Shown: piece after piece, positions 19,773 to 29,675 of the stretch
How the letters are laid out: every line of letters starts with the position of its first letter
How positions within the stretch are numbered: position 1 is the first letter of the stretch
DNA from: an uncultured Armatimonadetes bacterium
GTDB taxonomy: Bacteria > Armatimonadota > UBA5829 > DTJY01
Assembly (NCBI GenBank): GCA_963717145.1
Contig: OY970325.1
Location: 1,184,001 to 1,248,000, forward strand
Direction of reading: 5' to 3'
Length of the DNA: 64,000 nt
Notes under the pieces: model-generated
Database searches by the model: none
What the model saw: only the letters and a program-made list of their open reading frames with translations
What the model was told of the DNA's origin: nothing
Position numbers and translations under genes: made by a program

Positions 19773-21272
19773 GAAAGAGTTCACGATCGTTGATAGTGAA
19801 GTTTGTCAGGCTGGATCGGTCGCGGGTGTCTGAGGAACGCCCATGAGCATCCGCCGGCATGACTCCATCGCATCTTCACCACGCAAGTGCCAGGTCCCGA
19901 ATAGACTCATCAGCGCCATGCGGGTCTCAGATCCCTTGGCCGACCGTGTGCCGCCGCTGATCTTGCGAGCCGTTACCGCAGGCCGGATCGCTCGCTCGGC
20001 CGCGTTGTTCTCGCTTGGTACTTCCGGACATTCTACGAAGACAAACAGCTCCGGCAGGAACCTCTCGATCCGCTGAGCCAGTATCCGCTGGGGAACATCC
20101 CGCTTCAGGTATGGCCTGGCGAGCCGATACAACTCTTCCTCGAATGCGATCCGCTGCTCGTGCCGAGCCTTCGACTCCTCGTTCGAATATCTCTTCGCGC
20201 GCCTGTAAACGGCCTTGACCTTGCCGGCCCAGACTGCTACCCCTCTCTTGTCAGGGTTCGCCTCGACGAGCGTTCGCAAGTCCCGCAGGTAGTGCACCCA
20301 ACACCGCTGATGCCAACCGAGCAGCACGTTGTAGCCGCAGTAGAAGTCGCTTACGACTACACCCTCGTAGTCCTCTCCCAGCACGTCTTTTGCGACCTGG
20401 CCGCTCCGACTCTTGTTTCGGACGAAGTAGCGCACGCGTGGCGTCGTGAAGCTCCAGATGTATCCGTTCTTCCCATCTTCCCGCCAGCCGGTCTCATCCG
20501 CGTTCACCGTAGGGCTTCCTCTGACTGCTTGCAGAAGTTTCTCTACCTCCGGCTTGCCCATGGAGGCCACCTTCTGGAGTATCTTCGCGATCTCTCCGAG
20601 CCCGAGATGCAGACCGTAGAGTGATTCCAGAAGCTTCTGCACACGCTCGACCGGCATTCTACCGACCGTGTGGAGATAGCTCACCAGGCTCATCAGCCGG
20701 ATGCCCACCCGGTGTGTCCCGACCACCTCTTCGGAGAGGTCGAGCTTCGGCACGTGTATCTTGTGGCAGACTCCGCAGTACCGTCCGATCACCAGGTGCT
20801 CGATGATCCTGACCGGCATCACCGGTATCTCGATCACCTGCCGGCTGTGATGCACCGTGCCGCCGGAGAGCTTCCTTCCGCAGTCGGGACAGGTGTCGAG
20901 CGCGTGATCCACGATCTCAGTCGGAGTCTCCCTCAGCCGTGCAAACGACTTCTGCCGCTTCTTGCGATCCTTCTTCTTGCGCTCGGGCCGGTTTGCCTTC
21001 ACAAAGGCAGGTATCGTCCTGCCGCCGCCACCGAGCTTGGACCGGAGTTCTTCATTCTCCTTCTCAAGCGCTCGGACGCGTTCGGTCAGGGTGTCTACAC
21101 CTTCACGCAACTCCAGGACGGCCTGATGCTGCTCTCGGATCGCCTGGTGCTGCTCCAAGACGATGCCGATCAGTTCTTCTCTTGATAGGTTGCCGAGATC
21201 GTTCACAACCTACCATTCGACAGCCGATCCTGGGGTACCTTCCTCAGATTATCAATGATCGTGAACTCTTAC
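19773..21272 (-). mobile_element. IS66 family element, single-ORF (ISBst12-like) type, 1500 bp
   Basis: 23-bp terminal IRs GTAAGAGTTCACGATCATTGATA / GAAAGAGTTCACGATCGTTGATA; 8-bp target duplication GTCTCAGG at 19765..19772 and 21273..21280. Confidence 0.95.
19806..21206 (-). CDS. IS66 transposase (TnpC)
   Basis: Coiled coil, CPDCG zinc finger, ADETGW, VSDFY, QRCWVH, NNAAERAIR. Confidence 0.95.
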   Translation of the reverse strand: MNDLGNLSREELIGIVLEQHQAIREQHQAVLELREGVDTLTERVRALEKENEELRSKLGGGGRTIPAFVKANRPERKKKDRKKRQKSFARLRETPTEIVDHALDTCPDCGRKLSGGTVHHSRQVIEIPVMPVRIIEHLVIGRYCGVCHKIHVPKLDLSEEVVGTHRVGIRLMSLVSYLHTVGRMPVERVQKLLESLYGLHLGLGEIAKILQKVASMGKPEVEKLLQAVRGSPTVNADETGWREDGKNGYIWSFTTPRVRYFVRNKSRSGQVAKDVLGEDYEGVVVSDFYCGYNVLLGWHQRCWVHYLRDLRTLVEANPDKRGVAVWAGKVKAVYRRAKRYSNEESKARHEQRIAFEEELYRLARPYLKRDVPQRILAQRIERFLPELFVFVECPEVPSENNAAERAIRPAVTARKISGGTRSAKGSETRMALMSLFGTWHLRGEDAMESCRRMLMGVPQTPATDPA

Positions 21273-21474
21273 GTCTCAGGACGCCGCCCCTCGTCGCGAG
21301 CGGTGATGATCGCGACGTAGTTCTTCGCGTCGAGGATCGAATCGATCAGCCGCTTGAAATGTGAGGGCGCCTGCGTAATCGTGCCGTCGATATCTATGCC
21401 GAAGCGTAACTGGCGGACTACCGGCTTTTTCTCGCTCATGTGTACATCCCCAGTGCATCATACCCAGACGCGCC

Positions 21475-23217
21475 CTACCATCCGCCGGCATAGCCGGTCT
21501 CGAGTCGAGGGGAGGCAGCGCCCTCTATGAGCCCGTCGGTTATACGAATGCCGAGCACGCGGCCGTTGCTCCATGGGCCGTTGACGACCAGGTCATGCCC
21601 GCGCCGGCTCAGCTCATCGCGCACGGCCTCGGGTATTCGATCCTCGACGGTCACGCGCTTGACAGCCATGGAGCGCGGATAGAAGCTGCTCGGGAAGTGG
21701 CTCGTGTGGAACGTGGGCGCGTCGATCGCCTCCTGCAGGTCCATCCCGAAGTCCACGACGTTGAGGAAGAACTGAAGCGTCCACTGGTCCTGCTGGTCGC
21801 CGCCGGGAGTACCGAGCGCCATGAACGGCTTTCCGTCTCTCATGGCGAGCGATGGCGTCAGTGTCGTGCGGGGTCGCTTCCCGGGCTGGAGGGCGTTCGG
21901 CCTTCTCTCGTCGAGGAAGAACATCTGGCCGCGCGTGCCGAGCGGGAATCCGACTCCCGCGACCACCGGTGACGTCTGAAGCCATCCGCCGCTCGGCGTG
22001 GCGGACATCATGTTGCCCTGGGCATCGATCACGTCCAGGTGAGTTGTGTCATGATCGTGATTCGGCAGGTGAGACTTCGCGGAAGACGGGTCGTAGGGGA
22101 GCGGATTTCTGCCGACATCGCCGGGCCTGAAGTCGGGTGATGCCATCGACGGGTCGATCAGGCCGCGTCGGCCATCGGCATACTCCTTCGAGAGGAGTAT
22201 GTCCATGGGCACGTCATCGAACTCGGGATCGCCGTAGTAGGCCTCGCGATCGGCAAACGCGAGCTTGGCGCATTCGACCAGCGTATGGATGTAGTCCGCG
22301 GAATTGTGGCCGAGCGCCCTGAGATCGAATCCTTCGAGCAATGCAAGCTGCTGGAGCATAACCGGGCCCTGACACCACGGCCCGCACTTGAGCACATCGA
22401 TCCCCCGGTAGTTCACGACCTCGGGCGTCTCGACCTTGGCGGAGTAGCCGGCCATATCATCGTACTCGAGGAGTCCGCGATGCGGCTTGCCGGTCGAGTC
22501 CATGATCTCGGTGCATGCGACGAACTCGGCGATCCCCTCCGCGATCTCGCCCTTGTAGTAGAAGTCGCGCGCAGCCTGCAGTCCGGCATCACGCCCGCCC
22601 CGAGCGCCTTGCTTCTCGGCATTGAGGAGCTTCCTGAACGTAGATGCGAGCAGGGGCTGGCCGAAGATCTCACCGATCTCGGGCACTCGGCCGCCGGGAA
22701 GAAACACCTCGGCGGAGGTCGGCCAGTCCTTGAGGAACGCCTCCCGCTTGGCGACGAGGATCTCCCGGAGCATGTTGTACATGGGGAAGCCGTTCTCCGC
22801 GAGGTCGAGCGCCGGGGCGAGCACCTGCGCCAGTGACATCGTGCCGAACTCGCGCAGGGCGGTCACCCATGAGTCGAAGGCGGCCGGCACGGTCGCCGGG
22901 AGGAAGCCGTTGCCGGGAATGAGATCGATCCCCTGTTCGCGGAACCATTCGATGGTGGCTCGGCGGGGAGCGGTCCCATGCCCGTTGATGGAGAAAGCCT
23001 TCCCGCGCTCGGCGGAGTAGATCAGGATCGGAGCTTCGCCGCCAGGGCCGTTCTGATGCGGCTCGAGGACGTGCTCGCAGAAGCCCGCCGCGACCCCGGC
23101 GTCGATCGCATTCCCGCCGGATCGGAGGATGTGCACCCCGGCCTCGGTCGCCAGGTAGTGTCCCGCCGCGATAACTCCATGCGTGCCTCTGATAACCGGC
23201 CGGGTGGTGAATGCCAT
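21475..23217 (-). CDS. ggt: gamma-glutamyltransferase family protein
   Basis: GGNAIDA, KLAFADR, TTHLDVID nucleophile, PGKRPRTTLTP, GTPGGDQQ. Confidence 0.93.
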   Translation of the reverse strand: MAFTTRPVIRGTHGVIAAGHYLATEAGVHILRSGGNAIDAGVAAGFCEHVLEPHQNGPGGEAPILIYSAERGKAFSINGHGTAPRRATIEWFREQGIDLIPGNGFLPATVPAAFDSWVTALREFGTMSLAQVLAPALDLAENGFPMYNMLREILVAKREAFLKDWPTSAEVFLPGGRVPEIGEIFGQPLLASTFRKLLNAEKQGARGGRDAGLQAARDFYYKGEIAEGIAEFVACTEIMDSTGKPHRGLLEYDDMAGYSAKVETPEVVNYRGIDVLKCGPWCQGPVMLQQLALLEGFDLRALGHNSADYIHTLVECAKLAFADREAYYGDPEFDDVPMDILLSKEYADGRRGLIDPSMASPDFRPGDVGRNPLPYDPSSAKSHLPNHDHDTTHLDVIDAQGNMMSATPSGGWLQTSPVVAGVGFPLGTRGQMFFLDERRPNALQPGKRPRTTLTPSLAMRDGKPFMALGTPGGDQQDQWTLQFFLNVVDFGMDLQEAIDAPTFHTSHFPSSFYPRSMAVKRVTVEDRIPEAVRDELSRRGHDLVVNGPWSNGRVLGIRITDGLIEGAASPRLETGYAGGW

Positions 23218-23252
23218 GTCAACTCCTACTCATACTCATGCTCGTACTCAAC

Positions 23253-23353
23253 CCGTTCGGGCAGGAGTTGTACTCCTGCCCGCAGCACTGCCTCCGGGAG
23301 TTCAACTCCCACATCCAGTCTTGCGGGCAGGAGTACAACTCCTGCCCGAACGG
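23253..23353. repeat. REP-like palindrome (GGAGTTGTACTCC family)
   Basis: About 32-bp inverted arms with a third core (GGGAGTTCAACTCCC) in the loop; relatives at 52814 and 62162. Confidence 0.85.
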
Positions 23354-23391
23354 TCGGGATTACCGGAAACAATCATCCCGGAGAATCCGTC

Positions 23392-24756
23392 CTACTCCAA
23401 CTCGCTCACCGCTGATAGAACCGCACTCGCATCGGAGAGGCCGCTCAGGCGGTCCTTCGCGAATACGGGAGGGATGAAGGCTCGTCCGATCTGGGTGAAA
23501 AACGTGTTCTTCGCCGCTCGATCGTCCCCGAATGCCGCCTGCGCCTTCTCGCTGAAGTAACCGAAGTCGGCGTATCGAGCCAACACCGTGTGCCCGTAGA
23601 GACACCGCGCGCCATCCACGAAGTCCCGGCGATATGGCAGCAGTTCGGGTGCATTGAAGTTGTCCACGAACGGCAGGCCGGCTTTGTTCATCTCGGTGCC
23701 GACGGACATCGGCAGGTGGAACTTGCGCGCGCCTTCCACGACTTCCTTCAGCTTCCGTGTCTTGAGCGCCTTCTCGTCCGCGTTCTTGATGTTCCAGTTC
23801 CGGTCGGGGATGATATTGAGCGAGACGCACCCCTTCGAGATCAAAAGCCCCAGGAACGCGTCGGTGTCCTCCTCCCCGGGATTCGTGCCGTCGAGCCAGG
23901 CGATCATGGGAAGAGCCTCCATGCCGCGCATCATCTTGATCGCATCCTCGATGCTCGGGAAACTGCCACTTGTCGGCGGCACATACCCTACCCCGCCGAA
24001 CTTCATCAACTTGGAACGCATCTTCTCGTGGAGTTTCGGCGTGTCGGTAAGCAGTGCCGCCATCTCGTTCTTCGGGACTCCCAGCTTCTCAGCCCAGAAC
24101 GCCGCAACCATCTCCGGCCCGAGGATCTCGCGAGCCTTCGCATCGTATGCGGCGAGCAGATGCCGCTCGGTGGCGTTCCCGGAGGGAGTGAGCGGAAGGG
24201 CGTCCGACTCGTAGTCGAGCATCACAGGATCGAGGTACACATTGACACGGCCAACCAGGGCGAGGTTTCGTTCGCGCGCGGTCTCGGCCATCGAATCGAG
24301 GATACTCTCGGCCTCGCTACCCTCAGGCGGGCGCTTGAAGCATCCCGAGGCCATGAAATATGCGATGCCGGGCTCGTTTGGCGAACTCATCACCTTATCC
24401 GCAAGTTCACTGACGAAGACCCGTGTCTCCATCCCCGCAACGGCCTTGAGACCGAGGAGTTCGCCGGTGGACAGGAACTCGTCCATGCCGTCGAGCACAT
24501 CGAAGTCGACGATTCCCGCCGCTTCGAGCCCGTACTTCACGCTCTCCCATGCGATCCGGCTCGGCGACCAGCCATTGGCATTGAAAGAGAAGGACGTGTG
24601 GTAGTGGAGGTTAACCTCCTCCTTCGGCGGCGGAACAGGCATGTGCCCGAGCTTAAGGCGGCGGACCAGTTCCTCCACAGCGTCGCGTCGCTCCTTGGGA
24701 TCGAAGCTGTTGAGCAGTTCCTCGAGTCGAGCCTGAATCTGAGTGATACTGGCCAA
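23392..24756 (-). CDS. PHP-like domain protein
   Basis: NLHYHTSFS, GIVDFD, GMET metal-binding pattern; TTG start estimated. Confidence 0.65.
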   Translation of the reverse strand: MASITQIQARLEELLNSFDPKERRDAVEELVRRLKLGHMPVPPPKEEVNLHYHTSFSFNANGWSPSRIAWESVKYGLEAAGIVDFDVLDGMDEFLSTGELLGLKAVAGMETRVFVSELADKVMSSPNEPGIAYFMASGCFKRPPEGSEAESILDSMAETARERNLALVGRVNVYLDPVMLDYESDALPLTPSGNATERHLLAAYDAKAREILGPEMVAAFWAEKLGVPKNEMAALLTDTPKLHEKMRSKLMKFGGVGYVPPTSGSFPSIEDAIKMMRGMEALPMIAWLDGTNPGEEDTDAFLGLLISKGCVSLNIIPDRNWNIKNADEKALKTRKLKEVVEGARKFHLPMSVGTEMNKAGLPFVDNFNAPELLPYRRDFVDGARCLYGHTVLARYADFGYFSEKAQAAFGDDRAAKNTFFTQIGRAFIPPVFAKDRLSGLSDASAVLSAVSELE

Positions 24757-24887
24757 GGTGGACACCCCCCACATCGAATGACGATTCATGAGCGCGGAGA
24801 GATGGGCGGTAACCGGCTCACTCCCCGCCTCAGGATACTATGGGGACGAAAGTCAGGTCAAGTCCATCATAGGCCCATTGTAGACGT

Positions 24888-24952
24888 GTAGTGGCCGTGC
24901 CTCCGTGCCGGCCATCACCACCGGAAGGCCGGCACGGAGGCACGGCCACTAC
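24888..24952. repeat. GTAG-type REP doublet (GTAGTGGCCGTGCCTCCGTGCCGGCC)
   Basis: 26-bp perfect inverted arms; relatives at 32169 and a single unit at 53221. Confidence 0.9.
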
Positions 24953-24968
24953 GGAGATAACCCTGGTC

Positions 24969-26603
24969 TCAGGGCATCAGCTCTACCGAGCCCAGTTCCG
25001 CGCGAATCTCGTCCAGTCGGGCAAGCGAGAGAGGCCCTTCCTCCGTGATTACCGCGGTGAAATCCCCTATCGGTGTCCCGTCGAAGACCACTGTCCCCGT
25101 TCGCACGTAGTCGGAGTGGCCGCTGACACCCCTTGCTTCCCACTGCTCCAGGAAGAATGGCCATCCCGGAGGGATGATCTTGTAGGTCTGGGCAATCGCG
25201 TAGGAGGGCACGCCCGCCTCGCCGGCACTCGACACCGCAACGGACGTGCCGACCTTGTTCACGATCAGATTCTCTTCGGTGATAGCATCACAGCCCACGA
25301 GCACCGCGTCGACTTCTCGCGCCATCGCCGGGATCTCGCTGTCGGTAACGACTTTCACGCGCACACCCTCCGCATGAAGCTCGTCTGCGAGCCTCACACC
25401 CTCGCCGCCGGGCTTCGACTCAGCTACCAGCACCTTGCAGTCATTGTGCTTCCAAGCGAGGATGGTATCCCGAACGGCTTCACTATAGCTCAGCGTCAGG
25501 ATCGTGTTCTTGCCCTCGATCACCTCAGCCGCATTGGTCACAGAGAGGTCGGCTGCATCATTTACCATGGACAACAACTCGGTGACGAGCACGTCGAACT
25601 TGAACTGCCCACCCTCCCTGTCCATCGCCAGGAGGAGCCTCGCTGCCAGATCCGGAAAGACGCCCATCGTGGGGCGGCAAGAGGCAAATGCTCGGATCGA
25701 GCGCAGCAGCACATCGTGCCCAATGGAGTCGGACCTGTCCTGGACATACCCGCCGAGAGCAGCCAGTCCCTTTCGTGCAAGATTGGTCGCGCCACCGCAC
25801 CGGTCGGCGGCGATATCGGAGAGATCATCCCAAAACTGCGCGTCCCCGAACGGCGGCGACACTCGATCGAGGGCAGCGGCCAATCCGGGAACCGTCTCCA
25901 TGTCCTCCAAGTCGCTGGCGTGGAACCAATCCCACTTCTCCGCTTCCCAGTCCGTCCGAATTCCTGCGCCATCCTTCAGTTGGAACAGAAACGGCAGGAC
26001 GAGCCACGAGCGGCCCTCCTGGGCATCGTCTACCGGCAACGGGGCGCCGATCCCTCGCAGGCTCACGCTCTCCCGCGGCAATCCGGCCTCCTCGGAGAGT
26101 TCCGTAAATGCCTGGTCGAGCGGCATCTTCTCGACATAGCCGCTGAATGCCGCCCATGAGCCCTTGTATGTTCCAACTTGCTGACTCCGCTTGATCAGCG
26201 CAATCTTATCGCCTCGAACGACAAAAGCGGTCACCACGGGGACTTGTTCCTTCATTGTCTGCTCCTCACCGAAGAATTCGTCATCATGCTTACACGCCGG
26301 GGTGCCGACGATGAGGCACTTCACATCGCCATACGCCCGGTGAGCGACTCCCGGCGGGATCATGATTGTCACGCCGGGCCTCAACTCCACCGTGTCTTTA
26401 CCCAGTTCCATCTCTCCGTTACCTCCGAGGATGTAGTAGATTTCGGTGGCTTCCTTGTGGTAATGCCTGGTAGAGTCGATGATGTGCGTGACATGGACGT
26501 TGGCGACGGGGGTGTCCGCCCGCGTGATGATGCGCGTGCTCGTGCCACACGGGCACGGGACACTCGGGGCGTCTTCGATGGTGCGGTAGATGTATTCGGG
26601 CAT
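24969..26603 (-). CDS. cupin + NUDIX + eIF-2B-like (sugar-phosphate isomerase fold) in one frame
   Basis: Cupin HYHKEATEIYYILGG; NUDIX SGYVE...TELSEEAGL; eIF2B-like RPTM, AESKPGGEG, VGCDAI, NKVGT; internal ATG at 26255 with GAGGAG. Confidence 0.8.
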   Translation of the reverse strand: MPEYIYRTIEDAPSVPCPCGTSTRIITRADTPVANVHVTHIIDSTRHYHKEATEIYYILGGNGEMELGKDTVELRPGVTIMIPPGVAHRAYGDVKCLIVGTPACKHDDEFFGEEQTMKEQVPVVTAFVVRGDKIALIKRSQQVGTYKGSWAAFSGYVEKMPLDQAFTELSEEAGLPRESVSLRGIGAPLPVDDAQEGRSWLVLPFLFQLKDGAGIRTDWEAEKWDWFHASDLEDMETVPGLAAALDRVSPPFGDAQFWDDLSDIAADRCGGATNLARKGLAALGGYVQDRSDSIGHDVLLRSIRAFASCRPTMGVFPDLAARLLLAMDREGGQFKFDVLVTELLSMVNDAADLSVTNAAEVIEGKNTILTLSYSEAVRDTILAWKHNDCKVLVAESKPGGEGVRLADELHAEGVRVKVVTDSEIPAMAREVDAVLVGCDAITEENLIVNKVGTSVAVSSAGEAGVPSYAIAQTYKIIPPGWPFFLEQWEARGVSGHSDYVRTGTVVFDGTPIGDFTAVITEEGPLSLARLDEIRAELGSVELMP

Positions 26604-26618
26604 GTTTCCTCCGGAACA

Positions 26619-26697
26619 GAGTATGGGAGTGTGGGGGTATGGGAGTGTGTGAGTCCGCAACACTCCCATACCCCCACACTCCCATACTCCCATACTC
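26619..26697. repeat. inverted octamer repeat (GTATGGGA / TCCCATAC)n
   Basis: Four units followed by four reverse-complement units, between pmbA and the cupin gene. Confidence 0.85.
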
Positions 26698-26699
26698 CG

Positions 26700-28025
26700 C
26701 TAGAACTCCGTCGCGCCGCTGAAACGGAAGTCCTTCGCTCGGATGGCAGGCACGACCGCCCATGACTGGCGCTTGGTGTCCTTCGAGATCATATCAACGT
26801 TCGACAGGATCCGGAGCACGCTGTCGGTGAACCGCATGTTCTTGAGCGGCTTCGTGATCTTCCCGTTCTCGATCAGGAACGTACCGTCGCGGGTCATTCC
26901 CGTGATGAGCGTCTGCACCGGGTGGATGACGTTCGAGTAGTGGAAACGTGTGACGAGCACGCCGCGCTTCGTGGCGGCGATCATCTCCTCCACGGAGGAA
27001 TCGCCCGGCTGCATGAACATATTCGCCGCCATCGGCCCGTAGGTTCCTATGCCGCCACAAGCATGACCCGTCGACGCCTTGCCTTCCTTGTTGGCAGTGT
27101 ACGAGTCGTAGACGACCGCGTTTGCCACACCGTTGACGATGAGATCAACGCGCTGCTTCGGCACTCCCTCCGGGTCGAATCCCGCGGGCATGCCGCGAAG
27201 GTCGAGCCCGTCGTCCCAGATGGTAATGTTCTCCCCGACGATGCGCTGCCCGAACTTCCCGTTCATGAAACTACGGCCTTCCTGGACTGACAGCGCCCCA
27301 AAGCCGAGGTCGGACAGGAACCCGAGCAGATGGACCGTCGCATACGGGAGCAGGACGACGTGATATTCGCCCGGCTCGATGCCCTCAGGGTTCCTCGAAC
27401 GCACGCTTCGGTCGGCGGCCTCGATGCCTGCCCCGGTCGGATCGAAGTCCCCTATCGACCTGGAAACGCGGTCAGCGTATCCACATCCGGTTCCGGCGGT
27501 CATCACAGTGCTCATGGTCGCAACCGTGTCCGCCCGATATGCCTCGATGCCGAGCGAATTGGCGATCGCAATCTCGGCGTACTCGTTCCTGAGCGATCCG
27601 GCGGCGGAGGCGTCGCGCTTATTCCCCTCCGCGATCAGGCCGCCGACCGCTGAGGCGCGATCCTCCGGCGAGTAGGTTGCCGTGCGCTCGTCGAAGCTGT
27701 CGATCTGCTGGATCGGTTTGGGTTTGGGGAGCGAGACGAAGTCCGGGTTCTCGCCCGAGTTGCGGGCGAACCTCACGGCGCGCTCCGTTACCGCACGGAT
27801 CGAGGCGTCATCGAGCCTGTTGGTCGTCGCGTAACCGATTCGTTTGCCGCAGATCGCTTTGACAGCCAGTCCGCCGTTCCGCTCGGAGACATTCTGATGG
27901 ATCATCGAGTTGGCGAACCTCGTCAGGCTCGACTCGCCGATCTCGACCGTCGCCTGAGTCTGTTCGGCATCCGAGCACTCAAGAGCCTTTCGTACGATGT
28001 TCAGCACCGTGTCACGTCCGAGCAT
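26700..28025 (-). CDS. pmbA: TldE/PmbA family metalloprotease subunit
   Basis: LTRFANS.IHQN, FDPEGVP, TGMTRDGTFLIENG; lacks HExxxH. Confidence 0.88.
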   Translation of the reverse strand: MLGRDTVLNIVRKALECSDAEQTQATVEIGESSLTRFANSMIHQNVSERNGGLAVKAICGKRIGYATTNRLDDASIRAVTERAVRFARNSGENPDFVSLPKPKPIQQIDSFDERTATYSPEDRASAVGGLIAEGNKRDASAAGSLRNEYAEIAIANSLGIEAYRADTVATMSTVMTAGTGCGYADRVSRSIGDFDPTGAGIEAADRSVRSRNPEGIEPGEYHVVLLPYATVHLLGFLSDLGFGALSVQEGRSFMNGKFGQRIVGENITIWDDGLDLRGMPAGFDPEGVPKQRVDLIVNGVANAVVYDSYTANKEGKASTGHACGGIGTYGPMAANMFMQPGDSSVEEMIAATKRGVLVTRFHYSNVIHPVQTLITGMTRDGTFLIENGKITKPLKNMRFTDSVLRILSNVDMISKDTKRQSWAVVPAIRAKDFRFSGATEF

Positions 28026-29488
28026 CAACTTGTCTCCTCCGGGCACTCCATGACCCCGATGCGCACATTCTGGAACCTGGCTGGCGACACTCCATGTCCG
28101 ACGTGTGCAGACTGGCCGGGTTGCCCCTTCCCACAGTTTGGGATACCCCAGAGATGCCACTCATCCTCGTTGGCGATCGCGTCGCAGCCGCCCCAGAACT
28201 CGTAGGTGATGCCCGTGTACGTCGGATTCTTGTACACCTGGCCGAGCGAACCGTCCTCGATGTCCCAGGCAATCTCGGTCGCGAACTGGAAGTTGAGGCG
28301 CTTGTCATCGATGCTCCAGCAGCCGACCATCGCGCCGTAGAGGCCCCTCTGGGTGTCGGCGATCATCTCGTCGAGAGTCCAGTCGCCCGGATCGAGGTTG
28401 ATATTGGTCATGCGGATGAGCGGGATTCTGTTCCACCCATCGGCTCTCATCGCCCCGCCGCTCGCCTCGAAGCCGATCTTTGCCGCAGTCTCTCTTGACG
28501 TGAGATAGCCGACGAAGATACCGTCCTCGATGATCTGCACGCGCTGGGCGGGAACACCCTCGTCGTCGTAGAAGAAGCTGCCGAGGCCGCAGGGACTCGT
28601 TGCGTCGGCGGCGATATTGACGATATCCGAGCCGTACTTGAAGCTCCCCAGCTTGTCCGGCGTCAGAAAGCTCGTCCCGGCGTAGGAGGACTCGGTGCCG
28701 AACACCCGGTCGAGTTCGATCGGATGGCCGCAAGACTCGTGGACCTGGAGCGCGAGCATCGAGCCTTCGAGGATCAGCGTGCGGACATCAGAAGGGCATT
28801 GGGGCGCATCGAGGAGTTGCCTGGCCTCCCGGGCGACGCGCTCGGCCTCGTCGATCAAGTGCATCGCTTCGACGAACTCATATCCGGCCGTGGCGAAATC
28901 TCCGCCGAACGAGCACGGATACGAGCGCTTCTGCACTTCGCCCTCTCTGATCGCGGTGGACTCGATCCCCGCGCCGCTCTCAGTCTTGGTCTGCTCGATA
29001 TACGATCCCTCGGTACTGGCAAACACCGTGTCGTACCGCCAGAAGTTCATCGATGTCTGGGAGATGCCGATGTCGGGAGTGTCCCGCATGATCTTGTCAG
29101 CGTCGAGCAGGAGACTGATCTTGTCCTCGATGGGAACCTCGAATGGATCGAGCTTGAAGTCCGAGGCGAATCGGCCCTCAGCGGGTTCGACCGGCGCAAG
29201 CTCGACTGGCTCGTGTTCAAGGCTAGCGGAGGCCTTCGCGATCCGGACTGCCATCTCGGCCACTCGCTCGATCTCCTCGGGATTGACCTCCAGGCTGGCG
29301 GCGAATCCCCACGCGCCGTCCGCGATCACCCGGATGCCGAACCCGTAGTCGGACCCCGAACTGAGTCCTTCGACTCTGCCGTTCTTGACCTCGATGGATT
29401 CGGCCTGCTGCTCGACGATCCGGATGTCGCCGTAACTCGCTCCGAGCGCGCGGACCTTCTCCAGTGCTTTCTCCGTCAATTCTCTCAA
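28025..29488 (-). CDS. tldD: TldD family metalloprotease
   Basis: HESCGHPIELDR, DDEGV, RMTNI, CGKGQP. Confidence 0.93.
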   Translation of the reverse strand: MRELTEKALEKVRALGASYGDIRIVEQQAESIEVKNGRVEGLSSGSDYGFGIRVIADGAWGFAASLEVNPEEIERVAEMAVRIAKASASLEHEPVELAPVEPAEGRFASDFKLDPFEVPIEDKISLLLDADKIMRDTPDIGISQTSMNFWRYDTVFASTEGSYIEQTKTESGAGIESTAIREGEVQKRSYPCSFGGDFATAGYEFVEAMHLIDEAERVAREARQLLDAPQCPSDVRTLILEGSMLALQVHESCGHPIELDRVFGTESSYAGTSFLTPDKLGSFKYGSDIVNIAADATSPCGLGSFFYDDEGVPAQRVQIIEDGIFVGYLTSRETAAKIGFEASGGAMRADGWNRIPLIRMTNINLDPGDWTLDEMIADTQRGLYGAMVGCWSIDDKRLNFQFATEIAWDIEDGSLGQVYKNPTYTGITYEFWGGCDAIANEDEWHLWGIPNCGKGQPGQSAHVGHGVSPARFQNVRIGVMECPEETS

Positions 29489-29510
29489 GGGTGAGTGTAC
29501 TCCTCTCGGA

Positions 29511-29582
29511 TGTCATTCTGAACGCAGTGAAGAATCTGGCTCTCGGCTGTCGGCCAGATTCTTCACTGCGTTCAGAATGACA
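29511..29582. repeat. REP-like palindrome (GTCATTCTGAACGCAGTGAAGAATCT family)
   Basis: 30-bp perfect inverted arms. Confidence 0.88.
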
Positions 29583-29675
29583 ACGCTGTCGGCCTTACGT
29601 GGTACCCGCTCCGTATTGCCGATGAAACGCTGAAGCTTAGTTGGGCATTTGGCGAGGTGTTTCCTGCCTGCCGTG

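Larger units (their letters stand above)
19419..21439 (-). pseudogene. HAD-superfamily phosphatase interrupted by IS66
   Basis: N-part from ATG 21439 MSEKKPVVRQLRFGIDIDGTIT...ITARDEGRRPET rejoins in frame with ...LELLDLLGIRY...MFDD after removing the IS and one target duplication. Confidence 0.85.

Noticed and set aside
26604-26693. N-terminal extension MGVWECGGMGV... of the 574-aa ORF, and similar REP-derived extensions of recR, pdxT and the ADP-ribosylglycohydrolase
   Set aside because: These translate repeat DNA upstream of better-supported start codons
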